This document shows positions 47,919-61,200 of a DNA stretch of 64,000 bases, piece by piece (within the stretch, counting starts at the first letter, position 1; each line of letters starts with the position of its first letter). Location: positions 21,762,001-21,826,000 of the forward strand of contig JBHGNT010000006.1 of the NCBI GenBank assembly GCA_043228905.1, given 5' to 3'. This stretch comes from Azolla caroliniana. Lineage: Eukaryota; Plantae; Polypodiophyta. Under the pieces are notes generated by a model. It did no database searches, was not told the origin of the DNA, and was given only the letters and a program-made list of their open reading frames with translations. Position numbers and translations under genes: made by a program.

Positions 47919-50900
47919 TCACTCGTCGTCGCGGTCCAAGTCAACCTGATCCGGCTCGTCGTCGTGACGCTTCTTGAACGTCTTGATCCGCTTCCCAGCT
48001 ACCGGTATCGTCATTCTCGTACCGTCGAGTTCCGCCAGATGGTACGTCCCGTTGTCGTTGGCGCTTTGTACCACGTAAGGCCCGAACCACCTTCTTGCAA
48101 ACTTCCGTGTCGCTCGGTGCTGGTTGTCGAGGCCGCTGTCGTAGACTAGCACCCAGTCGCCTTCCTCGATCTTCTTCGGTCGGAGCCGGTGTGTTCGGTC
48201 GAACCGGGCTTTGTTCCTCATCTTTGCTTCCCGAAGCTTTCCCGCAGCCTGCTCCACGTCCTCCGGTCTCCGCTCGAGCTGTCGTATGCGCGCCGTTAGT
48301 AGTTCCTCCCGGCTCATCTCGTCTCTCCAGTCCACGGTTGCCCATGAGGAGACCGTACGTTCGATCGGCATGATCGGCTTCTGCCCAAACATGAGCTCTG
48401 CCGGCATGAATCCGGTTACCGAACTGTGCGTAGTCCGGTCAGCCCACAACGCGTAAGGCAGTAGCCGCGGCTAGTTCCCGACTCGACCTCCGCATGCCCG
48501 AACTAACGCCTTGACGATCGGTCCGTGTCCGCGCTCCACCTTTCCATTCGCCTCCGGATTGTACGCAGTGGTAAGCGAGAGCTTGACTCCTAGCCGGTCG
48601 AATAGCTCCTCGGCCTCTTCGGCGTCCAACTCCCCGCGATCAGCCACGATCTTCCCGACGCACCCGTACCGGCATATTACGTCCTCGAGCAGGAACCGAC
48701 ATACGGCCGCAGTCGTTTTGTTCTGAAGGGCCCGGCCTTCCACCTGGTTCATTAGATCTTCCCGAGCCAGGACCAGATACCGCATCTGTCCTACTCCTAT
48801 CGGCATCGTTACCAGGTCTACCATCCATTTGAAGTGGATGGTCGGAGGGTACGTAGGGTGAAGTTCGTCCCGGTGTCGGACTATGGAGTGCATCTGACAG
48901 CTCTCGCAAGTTGTCACGAATCGGTGCACGTCCCGGTACAGTCCCGGCCACCAGTACTTCCCCTTTATCTTCTCGAACGTGGCCCAGGTTCCACGGTGTC
49001 CGGCCCAAGGGCTGTCGTGGTAGGCCGTCAGCAGCTCCTCCTGTTCTTCCTTCATCGCCACCACCCGGAGCGGAGCGCCGTCCCTCTTCTTCGGGTGCTT
49101 CCATAAGTATCCGTCCCGGAGAAAGAATCGGTAAGCTTTCTTCCGGATCCGGTTGGCCTCGTCCTTCGTCCATGACGCATCCGGCGTCATTGTCCTCAAG
49201 AATCCACCGATCTGGAGCCACTCGCCGTCGTACTTGCTCTCGTCGAAGTCGTTAAGTGCCGGAGTGCTCGTCCCATCGGTCGTCACGTACGCCGCCTCGA
49301 AGAAGTCCACGCCGACTTCTTCGTCCTCCGAAACCATGCCGCCCTCGTCATCAAACCTCGCCCTCGAAAGCATGTCGGCCATGGCGTTGTCCTTTCCGGA
49401 AATGTGTCGTATCTCTGGGTCCAGGGACTTGATGTATGCTATCCACCTGAGCATCGCCAGGTCCGGAGTCGCGCATCCGGAAACCATGCCAAGAATCGGC
49501 AGGCAATCCGTCTCGATAACCACTTCTGTCCCGATCAGGTAGTCTTTGTCCGCCTTTACTGCCGAAACGATACCCCAGAGTTCACGTTTAACCTGGGCGT
49601 ACCCTCGCTGTTGCTCACTGAGGACCTTAGCGCCGAATCGGATTGGGAACCGGGTGCCGTCCTCGTCTTCTTGGTTGACGACCCATCCGATCCCGGTCGG
49701 GCTCGTATCCACCGTTATGTATACCGGGGTACCCTTCTCGTAGACAGCCTTCCGGAGCGTCGGAGCTGCCACAAGAGCTTCCTTCAGCTTCCGGACCGAC
49801 CCCGTGTGCTCGTCTCGCCACTCGAATCTTTGCCCCTTCTTCAGCAACCCGTATAGCAGCTCCGCAACGTGGGCGTAATGCGGGATCCATATGTGGTAGA
49901 ATGCGCATGCCCCCAGGAACCTCCGAACTTCCGTAACCGAGCTACAGTCGGTCTTCATCGCGGAGATGGCTTCTACCTTTGCCGGAGACGGCTTCCGGCC
50001 ATATGGCCCACATAGGTGTCCGACTACCAGGATTTCCGATTGCCCGAAGGCCGATTTCTCCCCGGAGAAGGTGAGCCTAGCATCCTCTAGCCTTTGTAGC
50101 ACCTTCTCGCAGTCGTCGATGTGTTTCTCCACGAATCGCCGGCATCCGTCCGGCCCGACTGTCTCGTCCTTCTCCTCCACCGGGCACCCCTTAATCGGGA
50201 TGTCGTCCAGAAATGGCATGGTGATGTCGGGTATGCAATCCCTCAGTACCTTGTTCATTGCATTTACCATGTGAGCCACCGAGTTAGTCCCTCCTTGTGG
50301 CAGGGTACACATTCGCACTAGGCCGAGGGGAGTTCGCATCGTCGTAATGTCTCTGCTCTCCACGGCTAGCTGGAACTGGTCGTACCCTGAGTACAGATCA
50401 CCGACCGAGTAAATCGACCTTCCGGCAAAGGCCTCCGTGAACTCGTCTATGGTCGGTCCGATTCCTGCGTTTCGAATGGTCACTCTGTTGACCGGCTGCA
50501 GGTCTTGAATGAAGCGCAACGTTCCGTTTTTCTTCGGTACAGTAAACCATCGGTTCGAGTATGGGGCACTCGACGGTTCAAGAATGCCCATATGTACTTT
50601 CTGCCTCAATAGCTCCATCAACTTCGGGATGTGAGCTCTCGGTACCGGAATCGGCTTGAGATTCCACGGCACATGTGGTACCGTGAATATCACCATCGGC
50701 TCCACGATCGTCGGGTCTACGCACCCGATCTCTTCCGGTGAGAATGCGAAGGCTTTCCCGTGCCTTCCGAGCATCCTCCGAAACCGGTCTTCCTCCGCCG
50801 GCAGTAGGAACCCGCCCCCACCGATTTTGAGCTCCCGGAGCGTCCCGTCGGTGAAGGTGTGTCCTATGCAGGCCAGATCTCGTAAACTGGGGTCCGACGC

Positions 50901-51356
50901 AACCCCTCTGATCCGGGACTCGCTGCCCTCCGGTAAGGGTGCCGCGACTGGCCTTACCTTCCGGCCCACAGTCTTGTACTTTGTGCTAACTCGGGCCGTC
51001 CGGTGCGACCCGAGCCCCCGACTGAAGTTCGCGATGACTTCGTACATCTCTTCGGAACATACCGGTATCGTCCGGTCTTCGTTAAGGTCTTCTCCGGCAA
51101 CCTTCCTCAGCATCCCTAAGGTGTCGTCGAAGGAGACCGCCTCCACGGCTCCGCTGATTTCCTCGTCCGGGCCGAGAACTCCGCACGCTCGGAGTCGCTC
51201 TTCCGCCCTTGTCTTTTCTCGGCCAACGATGCCGACCATCATACACCCTCCGTTGTCGGAGAAGCAAAATCTCCTGCCTATCGTACAATCGTGGGGTCTT
51301 TCCCGAGTGTCCGGACTGTCTCGGCCCCACGCCTTGGCAGCCCTCTCTAAAAATCC
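47919..51356 (-). CDS. Gypsy pol (RT-RNase H-integrase), in the -1 frame relative to gag-pro; one TAG at 48471-48473
   Basis: DLYSGYDQ, LPQGGTNS, FLDD, DTSPTGIG, HHCC zinc finger, IVADRGEL, NGKVERGH, WFGPY. Confidence 0.93.
51303..51356 (-). promoter_or_regulatory. Candidate -1 ribosomal frameshift signal (G GAU UUU plus pseudoknot)
   Basis: Heptamer at 51356-51350 directly before the gag TAG; -1 frame is open into pol; stems GGGCTG/CAGTCC and CCGAG/CTCGG. Confidence 0.75.
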
Positions 51357-53473
51357 TCCCGGTTCTCGCCACCGAGGGACTCGCGGTTTCTCTCGTGGTT
51401 TGGCCGCACCGTCAAAAATTGCACCGAATGGCGCCCGTCCTGGCTTTTGACCCTCGCGTAGGCCGAACCGTTGTCCAGCACCTTGGTCTCCATTCTCGCC
51501 GCCGTGATGTATGGTTCCCCTAATATGACCGGATGCGAGGACGTCTCCTGTACGAAGAAGTGCTGGTCAATCTCGATGTCGCCGATCTTTACTCGCACAT
51601 TCGGGCAGGCCCCGTGCAACTCCTCGGTGGCGCGCGTCGCCGCCCGTATCTTCCACCCGTGCCCGGTGTTGATCGGCCACTTTCCCTTCTTATAGAAGTC
51701 CATGGACATTAGGTTTATTTCCGAACAGTGGTCCACCAATGCCACCACCGGTTCCTGAACACCTCCGATTTTTACCGGGGTCTCCGTGGTCGCTCGGGCC
51801 CAGTGTGGCCTCGAATAGTGGCTCTCCGCCCACTCATCTTCCAGCGCTGAGTCGTCGATGTGCGTCGTCCGCACCTCCACCGGTTTTTCCGGTTCCGTCT
51901 CCGTCGACAGTCTCTTCCGTTTCACCAAGTCTACAATGGAGTCGTGGAACTCCTTCTTAGCGATCCCTAGCACCTCCCGTAATGACAGCTCCACTTTGCT
52001 GTCGAGGATCCGTTCTTCTAGGACCTTTCGTAGGTCCGTAGCCCTTTCTATTTCTATCCCTAGTCGGTACCCGCCCTTCCTGGGGTTATCTTGCGGGCCG
52101 GGCCCACCGGCATCGTTCCGTCGTTGCCCGAATCGGGTCTCGTACCGTTGTGAGGGCCCGGCCGCTCCGGCTTTCCCCACTCGTTTCTCTTCTACCAGAG
52201 CCTCGTAGTTTCGACAAGCGGCTTCTACGAAGCCCGTCTTCTCCTCGACCAGATCGCTCCACCCGGTTATTTCCCGGACCTGTCTCTCAGTGCGGTCCGT
52301 TTCATCTTTCCTCAGCCGCGCGCCGGCGATGCCTTCCAGCATTGCCGACCAGAAACCGTCTTTACTCTCCTTTCGGGCCTCGCTGCCCCCGACCTGAATA
52401 CCAGCTGACGTCGAGTAATGGATGGCCTCCACGTGTCGGGCCACTGCCTCTTCCATCAGTCTCTTCATACCTCCTCGCCCGTCGTTTCGGCTCAGGGCCC
52501 TCCTGGTGTCGCCAGCGTGCACCCGGCCTTCCCATAGGTACACCACCCGGTTTCTCAACGCCTTTGCGAAATCGCCGCAGTCCTTCCGAATGTGGCCGAC
52601 CTCGTCGCACCACATGCACCTGTTCCCCGCTGCCGGCCGTCGGTCACGAGCCGGTTCGCCGCCTTCCCTTCGAGTCTGGGCGATCTGGAGATCCTTTATC
52701 GCCCGCGTCAACTCCTCTAGCGCTGCTCCTCCGGACGAGCCATTGACCATGCTGGTCGAAGCCGGACCGGTTTCGAGCCATTCCCGGGTTTCTTCCCTTC
52801 GCACTTGCGGCGCCGGTTCAAGCCTCCTTGCTGTAACAGAGCCCGCACCGGCCGCCCCGTTGTCAGCCCATTCTCGCCGTTTGTCGAAACGGCCACAGAC
52901 TCTCTTAACCGCAGCCCAGTCGGTCGTCAACCCGTCTTCAGTTTCCAGCAAGGAGCCGACTTGAGCCCGGTCCCGCTCGTCCACCGACTTGACGAATAGT
53001 AGGACCCGGCTCGTATCCAAGATAGTTCGGTCAAGCGCCGAAAGGCTCGCAAAGCGTTCTTCGAACTCTCGGAGGAGTGCCAACGCGTTTCTTCCTTTGC
53101 CGGGGGACTCCACCCATTCCATGAAGTCCCGTTTCGAAAGCCGGAGCGCGTCGTCCAGCCCATATTTCTCTAGGAGTCGGCCTTCGAACTCCTCCCAGGT
53201 ACGGCTCTCCGCCCGTACCTCGAGCACCTCCGCTTGGATGCTCGGCATCGCCACTCGAGGGAACCCGGCAAGACGCCTCTCTTCCGGAATGTCCCGCATC
53301 AGCATTTCCGTCCCGTAGGACGCCAAATACCTTGTAGCATCCTTTCCGCTGAAACGGCCGATCGTACCGACGACCGCCTCAATGGCTCTATCGAGGGCAC
53401 CGGTGCCCTCGCGTGTGCTCAATATCCGATCCACGGCCGAAGCCATGGCCTCTGCAAGATCCGACCCCTTCAT
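51347..53473 (-). CDS. Gypsy gag-protease
   Basis: CMWCDEVGHIRKDC knuckle; ALVDHCSEINLM and VILGEPY protease motifs; first ATG at 53473. Confidence 0.9.
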   Translation of the reverse strand: MKGSDLAEAMASAVDRILSTREGTGALDRAIEAVVGTIGRFSGKDATRYLASYGTEMLMRDIPEERRLAGFPRVAMPSIQAEVLEVRAESRTWEEFEGRLLEKYGLDDALRLSKRDFMEWVESPGKGRNALALLREFEERFASLSALDRTILDTSRVLLFVKSVDERDRAQVGSLLETEDGLTTDWAAVKRVCGRFDKRREWADNGAAGAGSVTARRLEPAPQVRREETREWLETGPASTSMVNGSSGGAALEELTRAIKDLQIAQTRREGGEPARDRRPAAGNRCMWCDEVGHIRKDCGDFAKALRNRVVYLWEGRVHAGDTRRALSRNDGRGGMKRLMEEAVARHVEAIHYSTSAGIQVGGSEARKESKDGFWSAMLEGIAGARLRKDETDRTERQVREITGWSDLVEEKTGFVEAACRNYEALVEEKRVGKAGAAGPSQRYETRFGQRRNDAGGPGPQDNPRKGGYRLGIEIERATDLRKVLEERILDSKVELSLREVLGIAKKEFHDSIVDLVKRKRLSTETEPEKPVEVRTTHIDDSALEDEWAESHYSRPHWARATTETPVKIGGVQEPVVALVDHCSEINLMSMDFYKKGKWPINTGHGWKIRAATRATEELHGACPNVRVKIGDIEIDQHFFVQETSSHPVILGEPYITAARMETKVLDNGSAYARVKSQDGRHSVQFLTVRPNHERNRESLGGENREDF

Positions 53474-53495
53474 CTTCTGCTCTTCTGCCGCCTCT

Positions 53496-53513
53496 TTCAC
53501 GTCGGGTTCACCA
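53496..53513 (-). promoter_or_regulatory. Primer binding site complementary to tRNA-Trp
   Basis: Plus strand ttcacgtcgggttcacca equals the 3' 18 nt of plant cytosolic tRNA-Trp as I recall it. Confidence 0.8.
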
Positions 53514-54163
53514 AATATGTCGAGGTATTCCTCGCGGATACGTGGAGTGAGGCGGGACCTCGGGGGTCCTGTACCGAAGAGTAAGAGAGAGAGAGAGAGA
53601 GAGACCCACTACGTGCGAGCGTAGATTCACAGGGACACGGCCCTTCGACGCAAAGACGCGAGTGGGACAGCGACACAAAAAGACACGAAAGTATGTATGT
53701 ATTGACAAGACAAACAACAAGAATACGAAGACAACAAAACACGAAGTCGGTTACAACCGAACAGGACGGCGAACAGATGCCGATACCTGTTCGTAAACGC
53801 ACAGAGGGGGATGAGTAGGTTGGAGGTGCTGCCGGAAGCACTCGGGCAATCCTCAGAGCAGCGCGGGCCTCCCGAAACCTGCACAGAAGGAAGCTATGGC
53901 GTTTGCAACCTGAAAGAGAGAGAGAGAGAGAAGCCTTCGCACGCAAACCGACAGCACTTCGTCCTCGACTCTCCGCGATCCCCTTACTCTCCTCGTCTCC
54001 CTCCTTTTATAGGCCAGGAAGGAGCCGTTTCCCCTTTACTCCCTACCTACCGAATCTACCTAGGATCTCCTATGTACAACTTAAGGCGCACGTGCATGAA
54101 GAGTCGGTTTCTACGCTCCGGTACACCGATTCCGCTTGTGGACGGTTTTCTTCACGACACCGC

Positions 54164-57100
54164 TTTTAGACAAACCTCACGTCGACACACTACTAGGGGA
54201 TCTGGAGGTGTCGCGATACTATTTCGTAGAGAGCTACATAATAGGATAGAAATAATGAAGATAGACCCAGAAGCTCGTTTTATGTGGGTGAAAGTCTCCA
54301 CAAGCAAAGACCATGCAGTATTTTTCGCCATTTGTTACTTTCCCCCAAAAGGATCCCGTTATAATATTAGTGGCTTGACGAGATTAGTCGATGAAGGAAT
54401 GCCACATGGGCCTTCTCCATACAAACCCCTATCGGATGACATAATCCGATATTCTTCCCAAGGAGAAGTATTTCTTGTAGGAGACTTCAATGCGAGAACC
54501 CAATCCCGACAATGCACAGTATTTCAGATGAATAGAAACCTAGAAATGGTAAATGTTGATCCTTTAGACATAGGCACCACACGTAGATCAAAGGATCAAG
54601 GTGCGGACGCCACGAGCTTTGGCCATCACCTACTCGAACTTGGTAGTCGGCACCAGATGGTCATATATAATGGTTTAGCTAAGTGGCCGGGCTCGGAAGA
54701 GCTCACATGTTTCCCACATGGAGGAGGGGAAAGCACAGTTGACTATCTAATAGGGCGCCCGGCAGCTACCCACTTGATTAACTCCTTCCGAGTGGCCCCA
54801 TGCCCTATTGGCGCAGACCATAGCTTCTTATACTTCGAGCTAAAATGTGATATCTCTAAGGTCACCAAGTCTAGTCAACCATGCCATCACACCACAATAC
54901 ATTTCACACATGAGCTCTCTGACATATACTCTCAACATGTTCAGGCCCATCTCCCCTCCATTGATCCCTCTCTACCGTTAGAAAGCCTTAGTACAAAACT
55001 CACACACATCCTTCACTCTGCAGCAGCTAGCAGTTTCCCATATACAAAACACTCAAATCAAGGTAGATCAGGATCAATGCCACAAAATAAATGGTATGAC
55101 GAGGATTGTAGGGACCTACATAGACAACTTACAGTATCGCAACTCAACGGTAGTATTACCTCCACACAAGCTCGCAAAGAAATGCGTAAGATGACACGTC
55201 GTAAGAGACGAGCATGGGAGGCATCCCAATACTGGGAACTCTACCATATGCTCATGAGTAGCGATTGCGCCATGGCATGGAAGAGACTACGGGAGCCAAG
55301 ACCACAAACACCCATTGAAGAGCCCGAAACTTGGCACACATATACAGAGAGACTTTACCAAATCCCAAACCAACCACCTTTTCCAATGCCTTCCACACCC
55401 CGGCCTACCACGGGGACACTTTTCACGACCTCTAGGGTCATGAAGGTCATAAAGAAATTACAACATAGGAAGTCCATGGACCACACAGGATTGCGAGTAG
55501 AACACATTATATATGCGAGAGAGTGCCTAGCTCCCTTGCTAACTATAATCTTCAATCGTGCCCTTGCGGAGGGTTTTCCACCACAGTGGACTATGAATAC
55601 AGTGACCCCCATACATAAAGGGGGGGACCCCATGGACCCAAATACATATAGGACCATTATGATAGGCCATACCCTTGCTAAGTTATATGGTGCAGTAATG
55701 GAAGCAGAGCTTAGCGACTACATGGAGACCCTAAACCTTTGTGCACCTGAACAAGCTGGCTTTAGACGAGCCTTCTCCACTATTGATCACATCTTCACAC
55801 TTAGATGCCTAATTAACCAAACTAGGGCTCGCAAGAAGAGATTATATTGTTGTTTTGTGGACTTCCGCAAAGCCTTTGACACAGTCCCTAGAGATTGGTT
55901 GTCTGATAGACTTAAAAGCTTGAGGATACCAGATGATATGGTATGGGCCATCTACGCACTATATGAACAAGTGTCTGGGTGTGTCCGATGCCCAGGTGGC
56001 CTATCCAATCATTTCACTAGCACTATTGGTGTAAAACAAGGTTGCCCCCTATCACCGACGCTTTTTGGGATCTACATTGATGAGATCACAGATTTTATTG
56101 CTCGTGAGGGAGGCACCGGAGTGGTCCTTGGGGATACGCAGGTTCGTATCTTGCTCTATGCGGACGACATAGTTTTGCTCTCTGAATCCGAACACGACCT
56201 ACAGAGGCACCTCAATGCCTTAGATGACTTTTGTGTACAACGAGGATTGGTAGTGAATCTAGGGAAAACGAAAGTCCTTATCTTCCACACATCGGCCCAA
56301 GTTAGAGCTAAGTGTCACCTAACTATCTCCCATAGCCCAGTCGAGGTGGTTGGATCGTACGTATATCTCGGAGTCACTTTTAGTGCCCGCTCAGGTAAAT
56401 TTTCGATGACACAGGCAGCGAAGGATAGACTCACGAGAGGACATGCATCCCTCTCACTCCTAGAGAGACAATGCCACCAAGCACACTTTCAAGAGCCACG
56501 GACTAAACGGTGGCTCTTTGACTCATTAGTGACCCCCTCCCTCATGTATGCATCAGCGGTTTGGGCTCCAGGATTACCATCCTTCATGTGGACGCAATTA
56601 GAGAGACCATTGGTGATGATGCTATCACGCCAACTCCGAAGCAAATCGACTGTACCACATGACATTATTAGGGCCGAGTTCACATTACCCCCAATGCTAG
56701 TAGAGGCACTTTTTCAACTTGTAGTCTTTATTGATAGGATACATAGCCAACCACATGATAGAATATCTCATCAAGCCTTTAAGGCCTCTCGATCATTGTA
56801 TGAGTCCGGCTATACTAGCTCATGGTATGGCATGATGGTGACTTGGCTTCTTGCGAATGGTCTAGACATTAATAACCTACCTCCCCTTAGGTACAACCAC
56901 ACGAGTGATAACACCTTAATCTCTCATGAGAACCGCAATAAAGTAATACGCCAAGAAATATGGCAAATTTACACTCGGTGTAAATGGATCACCCCACTAG
57001 AGCCACTCCCATCTAAAATGTCGTACTATAAGAAACACTTCATGCACTTCTCTGAGTTAGGTTTTATCACACAGCCAAAATATCTAGATGTATTCTTACC

Positions 57101-57713
57101 ACATGCACTAAGGGTTGCCATTGGACAACTTAGAATATCGTCTCACCAACTTGAGATTGAAAATGGCCGTACTAGTGGAGTCCCTAGGGAGGAAAGGATA
57201 TGTAGGTTATGTCACATAGAGATAGAGGATGAGTACCACTTTACATGCAAGTGTCCAACCTATGCCGAGATAAGAGAAAAATACCAAGACATACTTGGTC
57301 CGTCTCCCACCCTCCCCAAACTATTAGATACTCTAGATATAAAGAAATTAGGCAAATACATTCTAGAGCTAAAACAACACAGAGAGAATAAATTACAAAA
57401 TGTTGACAATAATGTTGCTAATGATCACGAACATGTAACAAATGCAGTTTTTCAGGAACCTGAGGAGACAACGAATGCCGACACACTTGCACCACTCGGC
57501 CTTTCCATTGATGAGGCAGAAAACCAGAGAAGAACCAGACGTCCTCGGGTGTTGGGTTTCAAAACAACTCAACGTGATGTGGAAGCAATATTGAAAATAA
57601 GGGAACGTGAGCTACACCGCCTAGAAGCCATGGCTAGGGCACTCTCTACATTGGAACCCACATCAAGACCCTTTGACCCCCCACTTCTTTTCGAGAGGCT
57701 TGGGTGGAAATAA
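54164..57713 (+). CDS. LINE-C ORF2 remainder (endonuclease, RT, CCHC), stop-free
   Basis: GSGGVAIL, VGDFNART, STVDYL, ADH, QAGFR, VDFRKAFD, GVKQGCPLSP, YADD, CRLC...EDEYHFTCKC. Confidence 0.95.
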
Positions 57714-57896
57714 AATTAGGCTTAGTGTATAGTCACTTTCGAGTATACTACATATTGTACACTACTAGAACTCTTTTAGTTTAAGTTCTATTTTTTTTAC
57801 TTAATTGTATTTTTAGTTATGATGACTGGATAAATACTCTATTGTTGTAAACCAATTGTCTCATGGGCCAAATTTGGCCTTAGAAGACGTTAATAC

Positions 57897-58036
<140 letters not shown>

Positions 58037-58241
58037 TCACACCTATTCCGCTTCACAAGAATCCATCTCTTGATTGTTTACATGGTATCAGAGTGATTTG
58101 GTAGCTCGATCTAGCCCATTCGCCTCATCGTGATCGTGTGTTGTGCTCCATGCCGACGACCAAGAACCGGCTCATCGCTATCGTAGCTTCGCTAGATAGC
58201 TCGCATTCGAAGAGAGAAGAAGAAGAAGAAGAATCGACATA

Positions 58242-61200
58242 ATGAATACTCAAATGGGGAGCGCTCTCCCTACCGAGAAGTTGGATCGAAACAACTTCGC
58301 ATCTTGGGAGTACAAGATGCACCAATACCTTGTCGGACAAGGCTATTAGAGCTACATCAAAGGAGCACATGAACACCAACCCGCCGAAGCGGCTCTTGGA
58401 TACGTGACATGGGAGCAAGCCGCAAGCCGTGTGATGTATTGTTTGGTGACATGTGTTCACGACCACATGCTCGGTTACATTCGAGAAGCCAAGACGTCGA
58501 AGGAAGTGTGGGAAAATCTACGAAAGATTTTCGCCGCCAACACGACCGCGAGGAAGCTTCAACTCCGCCAAGAGTTGACCAACAATCAACAAAGGGACAT
58601 GTCCATCACGACATATACCTTGAAGATTAAGGAGCTATGCAACTCGCTCAGCTCAATAAGCGTAAGTATAGATGATGATGAGATGGTGCAAATATGCCTC
58701 AGCGGCCTCGCACCACGATTCGGCGCGATGCAAACCGCCGTTCTAGCACGGGAGAAATCTCCCTCCTTCTTTGAGCTCCAATCAATGCTATTGGTCGAAG
58801 AAAACCACGTGCGTACAAGGAGCAATGAGTCAGAAGGCCACATGCTCTACTCGCACTCTAATGCAGGAAGAGGACGCAGATGAGCGAGAGGCCGATTCGG
58901 CCAAGGACAAGGCGGATGAGGTCCGACCTATGACAACAACTCCCAATTTCGGCCACAAAATGGAGGCCAACAAGGAACTTCGCAAGAAGGGGGAGCTTCC
59001 ACTCCGGCCCGAGCCGTCAAAACGCAACCGAATGCGGATATTGCGGAAAGCTCGGCCACCACGAAGAAGAGTGCCGAAAGAAGATGCGAGAATCGGCTTC
59101 CACAAGCCAACAACTCACGAATTACACACACAATTCTGACTACGAAGAGTATAGTGGAATGTACGGGAATAACTCCGACTATGAAGATCGTGACAGAATG
59201 TATGCACGCAACTCCAACCGTGGCGGAATGCTCATGATGAAACATAGAGCAAACTCTATGTCGGCCTCTACCTCAACTAGTGCCTCCGGTCCGGAAGACG
59301 TATGGTTCGTCGATTCTGGTGCCTCGAACCATTTGACATCGCATCAAGAATGGTTCCGAGAACTTCGACGGCCGGACCGACTCGGCTATGTCGAAACTGG
59401 AGACAACACTACGCACCCGATTCGGCACATCGGCAATGTTCCGTTCAGAAAAGAAGGTAAGCAAAATTACATTAAAAATGTCTTGCATGTACCGACCATT
59501 ACGAAGAATTTGGTCTCCGTCGGCCAAATTGTAGAGCAAGGGATGCAAGTTCAATTTAATCAAGGCGGTTGCTTCATTGAAAAAGAGGGCCGACTCATCA
59601 CATGTGGACGAAGAGAGGGCCGAATGTTCATTCTCAACACACACGAGATGAAATCTGCCATGTTCACAAAGGGCATGAAAGCCGACTCGGACATAGAGTT
59701 ATGGCACAAGCGGATTGGCCATATAAATCTCCAAAAGCTCAAAGCAATGAAATCGAAAGGAGTTGTCATCGAACTCCCAACATTCAAAGAGAAGGAGATT
59801 GAAGGTGTATGCGAAGCGTGCCAATTCGGCAAGCAACACTGACACCCATTCCCGAAAGAGCGGAACGTGAGCAAAGGTCTACTCGACGTAGTCCATTCCG
59901 ACGTATGGGGACCGGCACAAACGGCTACATTCGGTAGATGCGGATATTACGTGCTCTTCATCGACGACTTCTCCAGGCACACTTGGATCTACCCGATGCG
60001 GCAAAAGAGCGAAGTGTTCAAACACTTCCAAACTTTCAAGAATGAAGTCAAGAAAGCCACGGGCCGACATGTACGTTGTCTTCGATCGGATGGCGGCAAG
60101 GAGTACTTCTCGGACAACTTCACGGCGTATCTCTAAAAGGAAGGAATTCGGCGAGAATTCACTTGCTGACACACTCCACAACAAAACGGGGTAGCCGAGC
60201 GCAAAAAATCGGCACATCCTCAAAGTAGCACGGGCCATGATGAACGAGAAGCATATGCCCAAGTCATATTGGGCCGAAGCTGCAAATACGGCCATCTACC
60301 TAATGAACCGGTGCAAAACATCCGGCATGCACGAGGTCACTCCGCACGAAAAATACTTCGGAAAGAAGCCGGACTTATCGCACATACGCATATTCGGAGC
60401 GATAGCGTAGCACATCCCCGACGAGAAGCGTCAAAAGCTTGACCCGAAGTCGGAGAAATGTATCCTCGTAGGATACTCGTTGGAGCAAAAGGGGTACAAG
60501 TGCTACAACCCTTCAACTCGAAAATCTCGAGTAAGTCGAGACGTCGTTTTTGACGAGTCCGCATCCTGGTACGCACCAGAGACAACTCCGACTCCGACTC
60601 CGCTCGACCCGAAATTCGCCGAACACGAGATCGAGGATGAAGATCACCTTACGCGCATATTCGAAGAAAGTCCGATCACGACCCGATTGAGCGGACCACA
60701 AGAGCCTTTGAGCGATCAAAGCACATCACGGCCTAGCCCAATGATGGACAAAGGCAAGGCGAAAATGTCGGAATACGAAGACGATCGCTTCAACGACGAT
60801 GAGTCGACTCACTCACTCGACAGTGAGTTCGGCGGTTTCAAGGTACCAATCGGAGCTAAGAAAGCCCTCATCTCTGCAAATGAAAACCTCCGCCGATCCA
60901 CCCGTGAAAAGAACCCCGTAAGCCGATTCGGCTACAACGATTATATGGCGTAACATTACGCATTTATGATGAAGGTAGTGACAGTACAGGAGCCGGAAAC
61001 CTTTTCGGAAGCCGCGAAGGACCCGCAATGGATCGAAACAATGAACGAGGAGATGCAGGCACTACGGAAGAACGAGACGTGGGATCTCGTTTCCACCTCA
61101 CCACACAAAAAGGCGATCGGATGTAGATGGATCTACAAGGTGAATTATAACGTCGATGGCTCCGTAAACCGCTACAAAGCTCGAATCGTAGTGAAAGGAT

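Larger units (their letters stand above)
47168..54159 (-). mobile_element. Ty3/Gypsy LTR retrotransposon, GC-rich, no chromodomain
   Basis: 642-bp LTRs 47168-47809 and 53518-54159; 4-bp TSD ccgc; PPT AGGTGGGGGCGGA; domain order gag-PR-RT-RH-IN. Confidence 0.97.

Noticed and set aside
48471-48473. Readthrough stop in the Gypsy integrase
   Set aside because: It falls on a conserved Trp (W..LLPYALWA), consistent with an ordinary TGG>TAG mutation
47900-53500. Many 60-260 aa plus-strand ORFs as antisense genes
   Set aside because: Expected shadows of a GC-rich coding strand; no recognisable motifs
53496-53513. tRNA-Trp gene
   Set aside because: Only the 3' 18 nt including CCA are present, next to an LTR, so it is a PBS
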